This document shows, piece after piece, positions 25,858-40,872 of a stretch of 64,000 nt of DNA. How positions within the stretch are numbered: the first letter of the stretch is position 1; every line of letters starts with the position of its first letter. The notes under the pieces are model-generated. The model did no database searches. It was not told the DNA's origin and was given only the letters and a program-made list of their open reading frames with translations. The DNA is from the human T2T-CHM13v2.0 reference genome, Homo sapiens. The stretch lies in assembly GCF_009914755.1 (NCBI RefSeq), contig NC_060942.1, one strand, 5' to 3'. Made by a program: the position numbers and the translations under genes.

Positions 25858-25888
<31 letters not shown>
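25858..25888. repeat. (CA)15 microsatellite, which reads (UG)n in the CELF4 pre-mRNA
   Basis: Directly visible. Confidence 0.95.
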
Positions 25889-25893
<5 letters not shown>

Positions 25894-26264
25894 GCACATG
25901 GCAGCCTCTCCACCTCCTCCCCAGTTTTCTGTTCCTGCCAGCAGTCCCTAGGGCCCCATAAAGATAGCAACCTTCTCTGAGCAGGTTAGGCCTGGAGAGT
26001 GCAAGGGTGGAACAGTCTGAGAGCCGGGCTCAGAAAAAGTGACCCCATGTTCTGTTTCCTGATGCTGCAGCCTGGTGGGGAAGGGGGCCTGCCTCGGAGG
26101 GTGAGAGGCCTCTGAGAGGCAGTGGAGGGCAGGAGTGAGGAGTGGGCACCACCCTCCCCTGTGCTCTGCAGCTGTGCCCCTTCCTCATCCCAGACTGGAA
26201 ACAGCTCCACTGGGCCTCAGGTCTCCCCAGGGAGTGCAGGCCAGGGTCCAAGCAGAGTGGGGGA

Positions 26265-26410
26265 GCCTGGGTTCCTGCAGGCATCTCTTAGCTGTGTGAC
26301 CCTAGGCCAGTTAACCTCCCTGAACCTCCATGCCTCCATGTGGGAAAGAATGGGGGAAATAATAATCCATATTGAGCTAATGTAGATAAAGATGTGTTGT
26401 GAGCTACATG
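26265..26410 (+). mobile_element. MIR fragment
   Basis: cttagctgtgtgaccctaggccagttaacctccctgaacctc ... aatgggggaaataataat. Confidence 0.7.
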
Positions 26411-26948
26411 GGACAAAAACTAATGCAAAAAAAGTTGAATCTCACCACTCCCATTAGTGCAAGGAAGCCCCCTGGGTTGCAGCGTGAAGGATTCTGTGGG
26501 TGGTGTCCCCCCCAACCCCTATGTCATGTCCCTGGCGGTCCCCATGGCATGTGGGTGTCTGTGGGAACATGACCCCCACTGGGAGTTGCCCACTGAGCCA
26601 TTCCCGTCCTTACACTGAAGGAGGAGATCCTGGAAATGAAACGTGTGGGCGGCAGGTAGATGTGGGAGCTGGAAGGGTGCGCACCGTGTGACCACAGGTG
26701 AGAATCGCTGGTGTGCTAAGAACAGACCAAGGCCTCTGGAAACACAGGGAAGCTTGCTGTGCTTATGCCTGTGCTGGGCTAGCAGCAGTGTCTTCTACCC
26801 TTACTTTCTGAATTTTAGTTGGTGAGAAGAGGTAGAAAAGAAGTGTGCATGGGAATGACTGCGTCTGTGTCCCTGTGTTTGCAGCAGTTTTGTTGTGAGG
26901 CCCTGTGTGCATTTGGGTGTGGGCCATTGTGTTGAGAATGGGTGTTGA

Positions 26949-26951
<3 letters not shown>

Positions 26952-27000
<49 letters not shown>
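26952..27000. repeat. (TG)24 microsatellite
   Basis: Directly visible. Confidence 0.95.
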
Positions 27001-27003
<3 letters not shown>

Positions 27004-30000
27004 CACGGGGTGGGGAGGGGGATGCCACTTCTGGGTGTGACATCCCAAAGGCTCCAAAATCCTGAAATCTTAGAGGGCGCAGAGCTGCATACAGCCACCA
27101 GATGGCAGCCGGGTGCAGTCTAAGGGTTGCCGGCCAGGCTCGGCTTTGTGTTCAGCCTCCCCACCTCCCATCCCACCCCTGGTATATGTGGTGCATATGT
27201 GTGTATATGTGGGGTTGCGTGTGTATATGTGGGGGTGCGTGTGTATATGTAGGAGTGCAGGAAGGGACTGCCTGACTGCAAGCTGGGCACCTGTGCGTGT
27301 ATTCAGAGTGGCCAGTCTGGGCATGCTGCATCCTCCTCCTTGCCATGACAGCTGGATGCTGCTCGTGTTCCGTGCCCTGCGAACCTTGGCTCTCTAAGAA
27401 TACGTGTGCAGACAAGTGTGCACATGTGCTGCAGCAGACCCCATCCAGACTCCCCACTCCCAAACCCTCACCTTTCACTCCTATCAGGCTGTCCACTTCC
27501 AACTCTCTGGTACCCCTCACCACGGCTGGTTCTTCCCTCCCTCCTTCACCCTGGCTGTTCCCTTTGCCAGGAATGGTCTCTCTGCAACCAAACTCCTCCC
27601 CATTTTTCAGAGACTTCTGTCTAAGAAGCCCCTTCTCCAGGAAGCCCATTAGATCTCTTAGCATCAACCTTTTACCCCCATTTTGCTCCTTTTCTGATCA
27701 CCCATTGCCTAGGACTGTCAGCTCCACACTGTTCATCCACTGCTGGCTTGATGTGGCTCATTCAGGAGCCTTCCTCGAGAGGTTGAGTTCTGCAGGGTAG
27801 GATGGGGCTGGGCATCCACAGTAACACCAGGTAAAAACCAGATCATTGAGGAGCACATTTCCCCACTGACCTGCCCCATGGGGTCCAGAGAGCAAGTGCT
27901 GAGGACAGACGTGGCTTACACATGGCAAGCAACCCGTGAAACACAGAACAACCCGTGAAACAGAGAACAAGTGACTCCCTGGAAATTTGGCAGGCATTGC
28001 CACAGCACTGGGGTGCCACGGGGCAGAGACAGGGGGTCAGGGGAGAAAGAAGTAACAGTGAGTACAGTGGCTCCCTGGGTTTTAAAATCCAAAGTTAAGC
28101 CATTTGCTTTCTAGGAAGTATTGAAAGGTAGCATTATACCTTGGCTATAGCAAGAGAAACTACAGGTAGACTCTGGAAGAACTGGTCTTTGCCGAGGTGA
28201 GGAAAGGCTCTGGTGTGAGCCATGAAAGCTTGTTCCCTTGGAGTTAAAAGGAGCCAGAGTCACCATGCATATGTGCACAGCTTTCTGTATTTTTCATCAT
28301 GTCTTGCTATCCATGCACTAACCCCATGTTACATGTTGGCAGAGGGTTTTCAGAGGCATGCAGACGCTCGTGAACCTGAAGACAGAAGCTGTCACCATTC
28401 CTGTTTGACAGATGACGGGAACGGCTGCAAGGGGAGGGGACACGCCCTGGCAGCCCAGCTTGCTGGTGGCCTTGCAGCATCCTGGATTTCATCCCCCTAG
28501 AGATGCACATGAAAATCCTTGCCCTTTTTGCAGACTCTAAGAGGGGAGTGTGCCCTCCCTGATCCCATCAATGCCTGTAGCCCCCAGTTCTGCTCCACCT
28601 GCCAGAACCCACTTCCTGTTTGTCCAGAGATGACCCAAGTCCATGTTTGCAGGATGTAGAATGTGCTGGGGTGGAGAATTGGAGAATGGCTGTGGAGGCG
28701 GACAGAAAAGTTTGGGTGCCTCGGGAGGCTCTGTCTCTGGAGGGGCTGGAGTCCCCAGGACTGGTGTACAGAGCTCCTATAAGGATGGGTTTAATTAAAG
28801 GATCGTTAGGTTAGGCCAGGTGTCATCTCAGCAGGGGCTACCCACACCAGCCCATTCCCCAAAGAAGAACTGCAAGAAAGCAAGAAGGTTCCCTTCACTC
28901 ATTTTAATTGTTCCGCAAAAGACCCTAAATGCAAGACAGCATCATAAGGTGGAGGAGTGGGAGAGAGACGAAGTGGAGAGAGGGGCAGGGAGAGGGCAGA
29001 ACAGAGGGTAAGACCAGCAGCCAAGAGCTGGGCCCTGGGCACAGCCAGCCTCTCTGTGAGCTTTGGGTGTCGGGGGTGGGGTGGGGGACACAGGCTCCCC
29101 TAAGGGATGGCTGCATGGCCTTAGAGACCTCGGTTGCAGCAACCAGCACATGGTAGATGCTCAGTAGACATTAAAATGAACTGAGTGCTTTGGGGTGGGG
29201 TGGGGCAGACTTTCCTATGGGTGGAGTGGCAGCCTGGGGAATTCAGTGGAGGACTCCTTTGGAGTGGCTGAAGGCCTGGGAGGCTCTGGGGGAGGAAGCT
29301 GCTGGTTGGGAACCCCACCTCAAGAACCTTTTGAGCAGGTGTCCTGCTGCTCTAGGCTGAAGGGAGAATGGAAACAGGCCCCAGGGAGGCTGGGGACCCC
29401 TGATATAGAAAGGCACAGCCTACCCTGAGGCTGAGGTCTCTCCAGTCTCCTGGGTCTCTCCTGCATACCTTAGCACTCCCAAAACCACCCACCTACCCAC
29501 CCTCTTCAGTGCTGAGGTGGCTGAATGGGCTCTGAGGCTCCCAGTGCATGCCTGGCCCCCGGAGCCCCCAGGAGTTCTGTCCCATTTCCTGGAGTGGCAG
29601 CTGGGCAGGTTACATATACTTAATTACTAGTAATTAAAAAACTGATTACTCCAAATGGCGCCCTCCTGGGGAGAACCGTGCTGTGCCTGTCCTGCTGGTC
29701 CGCCACAGAGGCCATTTCTGTAGTGTGGAGCAGGGACCAGCCTGCAGCCTCCTTCTATGTCTGCTGGAGGATGAGGGCTCCCTATGTCAAGAACAGTGCC
29801 TGCCCCCACCTCCTCCAACTGGCCTGCCCCAATGTCTAGTGCAGCTGCATTCCGGCATCACTTTAGTGGATGAGTCACTGGTCCCCTCCAATGTGCATAT
29901 CCCTTGGGAGGGGACATACCCAGAATGCTATAGGTCACAGGGAAGGAGCCTCTGTAGGGAGCCCAGGGGGAAAAAAGAGCTCTAGGCTCCAGGGGAGAAG

Positions 30001-30069
30001 TGGGGAATGAATGCAGAGTGTGACAGAGGCAGGGCAGGTTTGCCAGTTGCAGAGCTGGTATCCTAGAAT

Positions 30070-30400
30070 TGACTTGTTTTAGTCATTCTGCGACTGGGGT
30101 TCAGCAAGCACCTAGTACATACCAGATATGGATGGACCACCTAGTCGGGTTCTTTGTGTGGATGAAGACACGCCAGGAGGTGGGGGGCAGGTACATGAGC
30201 CATGTTCAGTTAGGAAAGTGCTGCTGGAACCAGGGCAGAGAAGAAAGGGGTGCCCAGTTAAATGGGCAGTTGGAGGAAGCATCGCAGAGGAGTGGTTATT
30301 GAGGGCGAGGCTCGGGATTGGAGTCAGTTTGGGGAGGAGTAGGTGGAAGGGGTTTGGGCAATGGCAGCTGCTTGTGCAGAAGCCCTGGGGGATTGGCAGA
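30070..30400 (-). mobile_element. L2 relic
   Basis: agcacctagtacataccag ... gcagctgcttgtgcagaagccctgggg resembles a degenerate L2 3' region. Confidence 0.45.
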
Positions 30401-32303
30401 GCCTGGCAGGAGGGAGGAAGCCTGGGGCAGCCATGGGGGCAGCATGTCTCATGCTACCGCTGGGATGAGGAAGTCAGCGGCCCCATGATCCCATCCCAGG
30501 GTGTCTGTCTTCCAGCAGCATTGGGGAGTGGTGGACGGGGTATCTTTGGTGGATCTGGAGAAGGGACTGGCTGACCTGAGCCTCTGAGAACAGGGAGGAG
30601 GGGAAGAAGGGGAGTGGGAGAGTGAGGGCTCATATGCCAAGGCTGAAGGGGGAGGGACAGTGGGTGGGTCTGGGAGGTGCCTTGGAGAGGGAGCCTCCTG
30701 GACCTGCTGATGGAGGGTGTTGGAGGAGAAAGGCCCAAGCTCACAAGAGCGAAGTCTGAACAGACAATGGCCAATACCTCAGATGACCCTGAGGGTGGGA
30801 AGTCTGTCTGTAAACTTGACCAGGAAGAGAATGGGGAGCCCCAGAGCGTGGAGGAGGGGTGCACAGGGAGTCTCCAAGGTCTCCCTGCCACCCCCCACGC
30901 CACGCCCAAGTTGGTTGGTGACAGTGGCCACGAAGGGAAGATTCATCCGAGGCCCTTGTGTGGGAGATGCTGACATGAAGCCGTGTCCCTCAATCAGGGG
31001 AACCCTGGGCCAATTATTCATTTATTACTAAGGGGTTTGCAGGCCCATCCCCCACCCCTACACTTGGCTCTCTGTGCCTGAGTCTGCTTTTATTCTGGAA
31101 AGTGTCCCAGAGAGGCCCTGCCTCACAGCCACTCAGGTCCCTTCCTACCTCTCTAGTTCGGGGCAGGTCGTCACCTGCATGAAGGACCCAGGGCGGCCGC
31201 ACACCCTCTGCTGGAGGTTCCTTCACAGCTCTGCCCCTCACTTCCCTTTCTCCTGAGCACATGTCTGCGGGCATCAAGCCAGCCCCAAACCTGCCCCTGG
31301 GCACCCTGGCAGGAGGAGCCAAGTAGAGGGGTGCCAAATCCAGGGTACCCAAGGACTTGGGTACACAGGGGGCAAGTCCCACACCACACAGGGGGTTGCA
31401 GCAGGTGAGAGGCCAGAAGCCCCCTGCAGGGAGGAAGAGGACGGGCTTGGTTTGGCCCTGCTGACCTGGCTGCTGTGGCCTGTGTCCTTGGATTAAGGCT
31501 CAATCCAAGATGGGCCTCCCAGAGGGCTCCCCTTTATTTTCTTCTTCGAGAGAGATACCTCCCACGTTCCCAGCTCAGAAGGGGCCAACCAGGTGGCTCA
31601 ATTCCCACCCTGAGAAACACAAGCAGGTGGTTATGGGTGGGCCTGGTGCCTGAGGTCAGCAACTGACCCTCCTCCAGGCCGGGCCTCTGGTCTCCTGCCC
31701 GCCTGGCCCTGTGCCCTGCATCCCCAGTTCCGTCTCTGCCTTTGTCTACCTCTGCATTTTGCTCTTCTCTCTTGCGCCTCCTTCTCTAAACAGCCTTTTG
31801 GAAAGAGCACAGAGATCAGTTACTATTTGACCCCTCTTAGCCACAATTTCCCCACCTGCTAAGCAGGGTCAAATGCCCTTCACGTGGTGAGGTGAGGCTC
31901 AGGAGCTACACGCACACACTAGGCCCCTGAAAAGCCTCCTGGGCCAGAGCACTCCCAGCTTACCCAGAAAGAAGGGCTTCTTTGGTCCCTTCCTTTTTTG
32001 CCCACTGAAGCCTTCCTCCCTCCGGCCAGGGATGTGAATGCACCCCCGGTCCTGTCCATCCCACATCACATCAGGCGCTTCCGGGCACGGACCATCTGCT
32101 CCACAACCCTGCTTCTCTATGACACAGCCTCTGGGGCCAGGGGCTCAAGTGGGATCTTCCATTTTCTATCTGCCTGGATTTGGAGAGCAAGGGACAGGAC
32201 CATGGCCTTGAAAGTCTTGGAGCAGTGAGGTGGGGTGGGACGGTGGGGGGATGGGAGCAAAATTCCCTCCTCCTGGTCTTGGCTTTTGCGGTTTCTATCT
32301 TCC

Positions 32304-32329
32304 AAAACAACAACAACAACAACAACAAA
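32304..32329. repeat. (AAC)n short microsatellite
   Basis: aaaacaacaacaacaacaacaacaaaa. Confidence 0.9.
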
Positions 32330-33172
32330 ACCCATCGGGGGTCATTCCTGGTCTCCTCACTCCTCCATTACTTTCTCACACCTCCTTTCCTCCTTTTCTT
32401 CCAGGAGCTTTTATTATCACACACTCCCCAAGGCAAGGCCCAGCCCATCCTCTGCTTCTGGGAGAGGGGAGAGGAAGAAGCAGTCACTCAAGGCCACCCT
32501 GGGGCTGCTTAGAGACTCCCCCAGGGGAGCTGCACTGGGGGGTCTCTCTCCCCTCTCTCATGCCTCCAGGGGGTTTGGGAGAGGCTGCAGGCTGATCAAA
32601 CTGGCCCCTGACCTTGCCTGCTTTGCTGATGAATGCAACTCTCCAAAGGTGGAATGAGCTGGAGATCGCAGGGTGCAACGGCAGCACATCCATGGGGCCT
32701 GGAGAGAGCCCTGGGAAAAGTCAGGGATGAAGCAGGGGGAGGTGCTGGACACAGTTTGAGGGTAACTCACACTTCATGGAAACAGTGTTCGGAAACTCAG
32801 AGATAGCGCAGGCGGTTTCGGCAGTTCCCAGTTTTCTGAGGTGGGCCCTGCCCTCCCAACCTGAACTCGCATCAAGGATAGCCACCAGGATGTCCCTCCT
32901 ATCTGTGGGTATCTGTTTAGGCTCTCAAAGAAGAGGGACATGTTGGGGGGAGAAACTGGAAACTTCCTTGTCCAAGTCAGAGGCCCTGGAGGGGCCTATC
33001 AGCCTGGAGATGCGATGCCTTCCCTACCGTGGCTGGATTCTTTCTGTAGCGGGTTTAGGGAGGAAGGAGGGAACCAGGAGATGACACAATAGGCTTAAAT
33101 TAAAGCAGGACAGATTATGGCAGGACTAAAGAATCATTTCTTTTTTTATTCAGAAGGCAATGGAAAAGACAC

Positions 33173-33720
33173 ACTCATTTACTCCAAAGCACTTATTGTG
33201 CATGAAGGACAGGCAGCCCCTGTGCCAAGCGCTAGGGTGTATCTGAATAAGACACAGGTTCTACCTGTAAACCAATAATGCAGGTGAGCTAAGACCCAGA
33301 CAGCAGCGTGGGCCAGCCCATCGGAACCACAGAGCTGTGAGTGACCAAGGATGTGCTCTAGGGTGGCTGGTGCAGTTGATTCCTGAAGGACAAACAGGAG
33401 TTTTCCAGCAGCACGAGGCTGAGAAGGGCATTCGGGCAGCAGGACAGCAGGTGCAAAGGCTCAGAGACAGAGGACCTGTGGTAAGTGGAGTGAAAGGTGA
33501 GGGGCTGCACTGAAAAGGGGAGCCGGCCAGAGTTCACAGGGCAAGGGATGGGTGAGGGGAGAGGCAAGCGGTGGCCCCTCGATCACATGCGACGTGACTG
33601 GGTTTGCTTTTTAGTAAACACTGGCAGCCTCCAGGAGGAGGAGAGATAAGCAGGCAGGGAGGACCCGAAGCAGGCTGTGGCAGTGCAATTTGGGAGAGGG
33701 ACATGCCTGGGACAGATAGA
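33173..33720 (-). mobile_element. L2 relic
   Basis: tgtgccaagcgctaggg ... tgaataagacacagg ... gaagggcattcgggcagcaggacagcaggtgcaaaggctcagag. Confidence 0.65.
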
Positions 33721-34664
33721 GGAGCAAGAATCCATAGAATTTTATGTCCAGTGAGGTGGATGAGGGGCCTTCAGCAACCAGGGACAGGCACACGATGGGA
33801 ACAGAGCCCCATTCTCCTCTGACAAATGCAGACACTTTAGCAAACTGCCTGCAGCACACAGCTTAACATATGACGACCAAGACTTTCTACGTGAACATGA
33901 CTTGACTATCCAGAACATTCTCATCCAGGAAGCAAAAGATGCAAATAACTTTGTTCCAAGAACTTCCTGAAAATCCAAATTTCTGAGTAATAGACCACGC
34001 GCGCTCCTCTTCTCAGGACAACAGCTCACTCACCCGGACAAATCTGCTGGCCTGTGAATGGCTGTTTACTCATCCTCACCTGCTCAACCCTGGCCTTGCT
34101 CTGTCTACCAGTTTCTAAAGGATTATGTCACAGAGCCTGTCCGATCCCAATCAATACTGCACATTGCAGGACCCACCTTCAAACAGACCCCTAACCTCCC
34201 CTTTCTGAAATTTCCCGAGGCCACCAAGGTGGGGTTGCTCTGTTTTACTGAGCTAGGCAATCTGAACTTGGCTTTACTGATCAGTGGATTATTCTGCTGG
34301 TCTCTTTGGGAAATGAGTCTAAAATCAGATGACCTCGCAAGGGTCCCTTTATCTCTCCGAGTCTAGCAGGCTCCAAATGTCTGATGGTGGGACTACAGGC
34401 TTATCTCACTTAAGACCCCAGGATTCTGGGATCCCCAGTTCCAGGGCTCATGGTGCATCTGGCCTGAAGTCCTGAGGGTCACCAAGAGGAGAGGGCATGG
34501 TCAGGATTCCACAACAGCTGGGGAGCAGGCCTGGAGCTCTGGCCTGGGCCAGTCTTGGGTCTCTGGGGAGCCCCCACTCAGAGAGCTTCTCATACTGCCT
34601 TCAAGGTTACCCAAGTCTCCCTGTCGGTCACATCCCTACCCACCTCCCCCCTTCTTTCAGGGTT

Positions 34665-34945
34665 TTATTTTTGGCCAGGTAATTAGTATAGCTCTTCTCA
34701 TTAATATTACATTTAAAAACGCAAAGGTGCTGGTGGGGGAAAGGGGGGCTGGAAGGGAGGGGCTTGCACATGCCAGTAATTGTCTTGACAGCCGGAGATC
34801 CTGGTGCAATGACAGTCTAGTTTAAGTGGCCCAATTAGCAAAAGAAACGACTCGCCAAAAGTTCTGAAGGCATCGTGTTGATTAATGCAATTTATCTTGC
34901 ATACCAGCAGCAGACAGCTGAATCGCTGCTAATGATTATTATATA
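34665..34945. promoter_or_regulatory. Candidate conserved intronic enhancer
   Basis: Cluster of taatta/taattg/ttaatg and tgacag motifs plus ttaagtgg in unique sequence. Confidence 0.4.
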
Positions 34946-35133
34946 CATTCATACACATTATGTACATGTGGCCTCCTCTCCAAGAAACGATGCCTCTCCC
35001 CTCTCCTCCTGCGTGCCTGTTCAGGCCCACGGGCCCAACGTATACCAGAATGACTCTACCTGCCCTGAACCTACTGCCCAGGTTTCCCACTGGTCATCTG
35101 TGTCCTCAACTCTAATTGCCAGGTTGCCTTTGA

Positions 35134-35540
<407 letters not shown>

Positions 35541-35987
35541 CAGAAACACAGCTTTCAAGAATATTTTTCACTACTCAGGGGAAGCAGCTCTAGGCAGCCA
35601 AGGGAGTGGCCAGCAGATGAAGTTAGCATAGTGAAGTCTGTCTGAGTACATGGGTCTCTAAATGTTTGGTCCACAATCACAGTTTAAACGAGGGATGCAT
35701 GCAATGTGGTGCTGCCAACATCCTCCTCCCTTCCATCTTAAACATCTTGTTATTCTGAAAACTGGGAATTTTTATCCTGGGTGTGCAAGGGCAGAAGCCC
35801 AGACCACACCTTTGCAGGTGTCCCTCCTTCTGGGCAAGGCCAGGAGGAGAACATCAGTGCAAGCCACCAAGCAAGGGGACTATGATGGCTGTCAGTTCAT
35901 GCTGGCACAGCCGTGAGAGCTTACACACACTACATTTGTCCTCAATGTTACCTCCTCCCCAGCCTGCAGAAGGGAAATGTATTGCTG

Positions 35988-36245
35988 CATGTTGTGGCTG
36001 ATGCCTGTAATCTCGACACTTTGGGAGGGTGAGGCGGGAGGATCACTTGAGCCCGGGAATTCAAGACCAGCCTGGGCAATATAGTGAGACCCAGTCTCTA
36101 TAAAAAATAATTAGCTAGGCTGGAGGATCCCTTGAGGCCAGGAGTTCGAGACTGCAGTGAGCTATGATTGCACCATGGCACTCCAACCTGAACCACAGAA
36201 TGAGACCCTGCCTCTAAAAAAAAAAATTAAAAATAAAAAAAAAAA
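35988..36245 (+). mobile_element. AluJ-like with internal deletion
   Basis: gggaggatcacttgagcccggg ... gcagtgagctatgattgcacca; the start of the right monomer is missing. Confidence 0.9.
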
Positions 36246-36561
36246 TTTTAAGTATCTGCTTTGGATTCCAGGCAGCCTGGCCCTAGAGCTGGTGTTCCCT
36301 TCATCACTATTCTCAGCCACCAAATTAGGTCAGAATCTGGAGGTCAGCATTGGAAGCGGGGGATGAAAGCTGCCACTTGGAGGTGGATGGGGAATTTAGG
36401 CAGGAAAGTCTCCCAGGTAGAGATGCCAGGACTCAGCTGAGAGGAGGCAGCTGTGAATCTGGGGAGACAGACACCAAGGTGCAGAGTGGGACGGGGTGGA
36501 ACAGCGCCTTGCCATTGGTGCCCGAATGCACCAGAGGCTGGGAGAACAAGAACCCTTTCTT

Positions 36562-36917
<356 letters not shown>

Positions 36918-36999
36918 TCAACTGGGCATATGGTTTTATAGTTAAACTTTCCAGTGAGGCCAGATTCAGCAATCCCAGGGGTCAGCAATGGAGTGACGG

Positions 37000-37677
<678 letters not shown>

Positions 37678-37769
37678 TGTGGGGGGACCAGTTCTTAGGA
37701 CAAAGGTCAGAGCCGGAGATGTGAGTTTTTACTTTTTTCCCTTAGGACTTGGGCCCTTAGGGGAGGAAG

Positions 37770-37950
37770 TGAACTATGCTGAGCACCTGCTGTGTTCTAG
37801 GGAGTGTGCCAGGAGCTCACTTCCCTTCCCAACAGCTGCATGAGGAAGCACCGTTATCCCCATTTTACAGATGGCCAAACTAAGTCTAGGTGAGTGACCT
37901 TCCAGGGCCATGCAGAGTAAGGGAAAACAAGCTCAGCCTTGCTCCAGTGC
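37770..37950 (-). mobile_element. MIR
   Basis: ctgagcacctgctgtg ... ttatccccattttacagatgg. Confidence 0.65.
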
Positions 37951-38635
37951 TGTCAGACCTCCAAGTTCATTGCTGGGGGAAATGAAGCCCATGCTTCTGA
38001 TTGTGGGGACTGGTGGGGGGCGCAGAGGGCCTGGGCTTTTCTGTCCCAATCTGGGGTGCCTGGGAGAACTGAGAGCCACCTCTGTGAGTACAAGGCCAAG
38101 GAATTTCTTCCACAGACCCATGCTCGGCTGCATACAAATGTGAACTTGAAAACATTCTGGTTCCCGTAGGTAGGTAAAAATGTATTCTCTCAGCAAACGC
38201 TTTTGAATTTGGGACCAGGCTCTAAAATTGGAGCCCTTTGGGGTTGGGGTGGTGCCACGTTGGCTTCTGCTCCCCTGACTCCTTACACTGTGGCTTGCAG
38301 GAGAGGTGGGTGCACTCTGGGGTGAGCAGAGGCCCAGGATGGGGGACTTCAGGAGGAAAAGGGCCCTCTAGGCCTTCCCACCACGCCTTCTCTCCAGCCT
38401 TCCTGCCCCGCAAGGAGCCATTGATGAACCTGTTTGCAAAAGTTCTAAATGCTCACCCTGCTGTTCAGATCATTTTGGTAATTCTGGTTTGTGGTGGGAG
38501 CCAGGGAAGTAGCACTTAGGCCTCAGTGAGGCCTCTGCCTATGGAGAGAGATATTTCCATAAGGAAGAAGCCTTTGGTTTTCAGCAGCTCTTTCTCCAGA
38601 CATTGAGAGCAGGGCTCTGAGGGTATGAAGTTGAT

Positions 38636-38975
38636 CACGTGTGTGCCTACTGTGCATATGTGCATGTGTGTATATGTGTACACGCATGTGCATTTGTGTT
38701 CCTGTGCCTGCAAATGCTTGATTTTGTGTCTAGACACGATGGAATCTGTATGTGACTCTGGGAGAGAGACAGTGTGAGCCTGCTTGGGGATGTAAGGTGT
38801 GCACATACAGGACATAGAGTTGTGTCTGTGAATGTGCTCCTTGTTACTGATGTCTGTACATCTGTGAGTGTGTGCACATGTGAATATGTTTGAGAAGATG
38901 AGATTGCCTGATTATGTCCAGGAATGCATGTGGTATTGAGTGTATATCTCTGTGTGTGCAGGTACATGTGGTGTA
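38636..38975. repeat. TG/TA-rich degenerate simple repeat
   Basis: Dense tgtg/tgca/tatg. Confidence 0.65.
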
Positions 38976-38997
38976 ACATGGAAAGCTATAAACTTTA

Positions 38998-39477
<480 letters not shown>

Positions 39478-40051
39478 TCAAACCAGCCAGGAGCCAAGAC
39501 TCAGCAGGCCTCTGCTAGGGAGCTGCAGTGGGGATACCCACATGAGATGGGGCCTCGGAATGCCCTGGAGGCATCTGTTCTGAGCCATCACTGCAGTCTG
39601 TCTTCGTCAGCCACAGGCACTCAGCCCAGCACAGCCCAGCCCAGCCCAGCCCTGGCCTGGCCCCAGGGTCTCTCTGGAAATGGTAGTATGGGTGCACTGA
39701 GGCCGTTTATTTTCTGATTCAGGTGACAGTCCAGTGGCCAAGGAGAATACCCACACCTTTCCATTTTCTATTAGGAACCACTGACCAATGGACAGAACCA
39801 CCATGGGGCCATCAAAGCCACTTAGTTGAGTTTTTGCTTTTTAATAAGAAAAAATAGTATGTGGCACTCATCCGCTTTTAAAATGAAAAACAGTGAACAT
39901 AAAACTTGATTTAATAAAGACACCAAATAAAATATTCTTCTATTCTGTGTTACAGTAATTGAAGGGAGAGTGACAAAAGGGTGGGGGGCAGCAAAGAAAG
40001 AGAGAACGGTTGGGTGTGGAATGGCAGCCCAGAAAGAGACAAGGACATGAA

Positions 40052-40185
40052 AGAGGTGCTGGAAAGGCCAGAGGTGCTGGGAAGGTCAAAGGTGCTGGGA
40101 AGGTCAGAGGTGCTGGGAAGGCCATTGGTGCTGGGAAGGCCAGAGGTGCTGGGGAGGTTAGAGGTGCTGGGGAGGTCAGAGGTGC
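40052..40185. repeat. 18-bp minisatellite, about 7.4 copies (agaggtgctgggaaggyc)
   Basis: Units start at 40052, 40070, 40088, 40106, 40124, 40142, 40160 and 40178. Confidence 0.95.
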
Positions 40186-40872
40186 AGAGAGTAAAGAGGG
40201 AGAAGTGGATTCAGGTCCCTGGGCACTAGGAGGACCCCAGTGTTTGCAGGGACCAACATCAACGAAGGGGCCCTCCTGGGCTGGCAGTGGCTATGCTTGA
40301 CATCTGCTTTTGGCCACATCCTCTCAATAATCCCAAAAGCTATTAAAGGAAAGGCACATGGCATGCAGCGAGCTTCAGTAACTTGCCTGAGTCCTCAGCT
40401 AGGCTGCCTTCTGACCTTGGTCTCTCTGACCCTGACCCAGATCTCTCTACCGGCAGCCTGGGTTTATGCCAGGCACTCGGCACCTTGCTTAGCCTCAGGT
40501 GTCCATGCCCCACACTTCTCTGCAGCCTCCCCTGGGACTTCTTCCTACACTCTTCCTCTCCCAGAGGCCTGTACTCTGCCCCTTTTGCAGGATCCCAGGC
40601 CCAAGCTGCCTCCAGCCCCTCTCCTACCCATTCATCCACCTGCCCCAGGTTCCACCACTCGCTTCACTGGGTCACACCCATGCCTTTTAGCCTGAAATGC
40701 CCATGGGGACTACATAGGTTTGTACAAAGCCCAGTGGGAGACTTGGAAGAGGGTCTAGCAGCATCAGCGAAAGTTCCCAGAGGAGCTGAGGTTTGAGCTT
40801 GGAGCCCGCAGGCCTGTGAAGGTCTGAGAACATTCCAGGTAGAGGGAACAGCAAGCGAAAAGGCAAGGAGGA

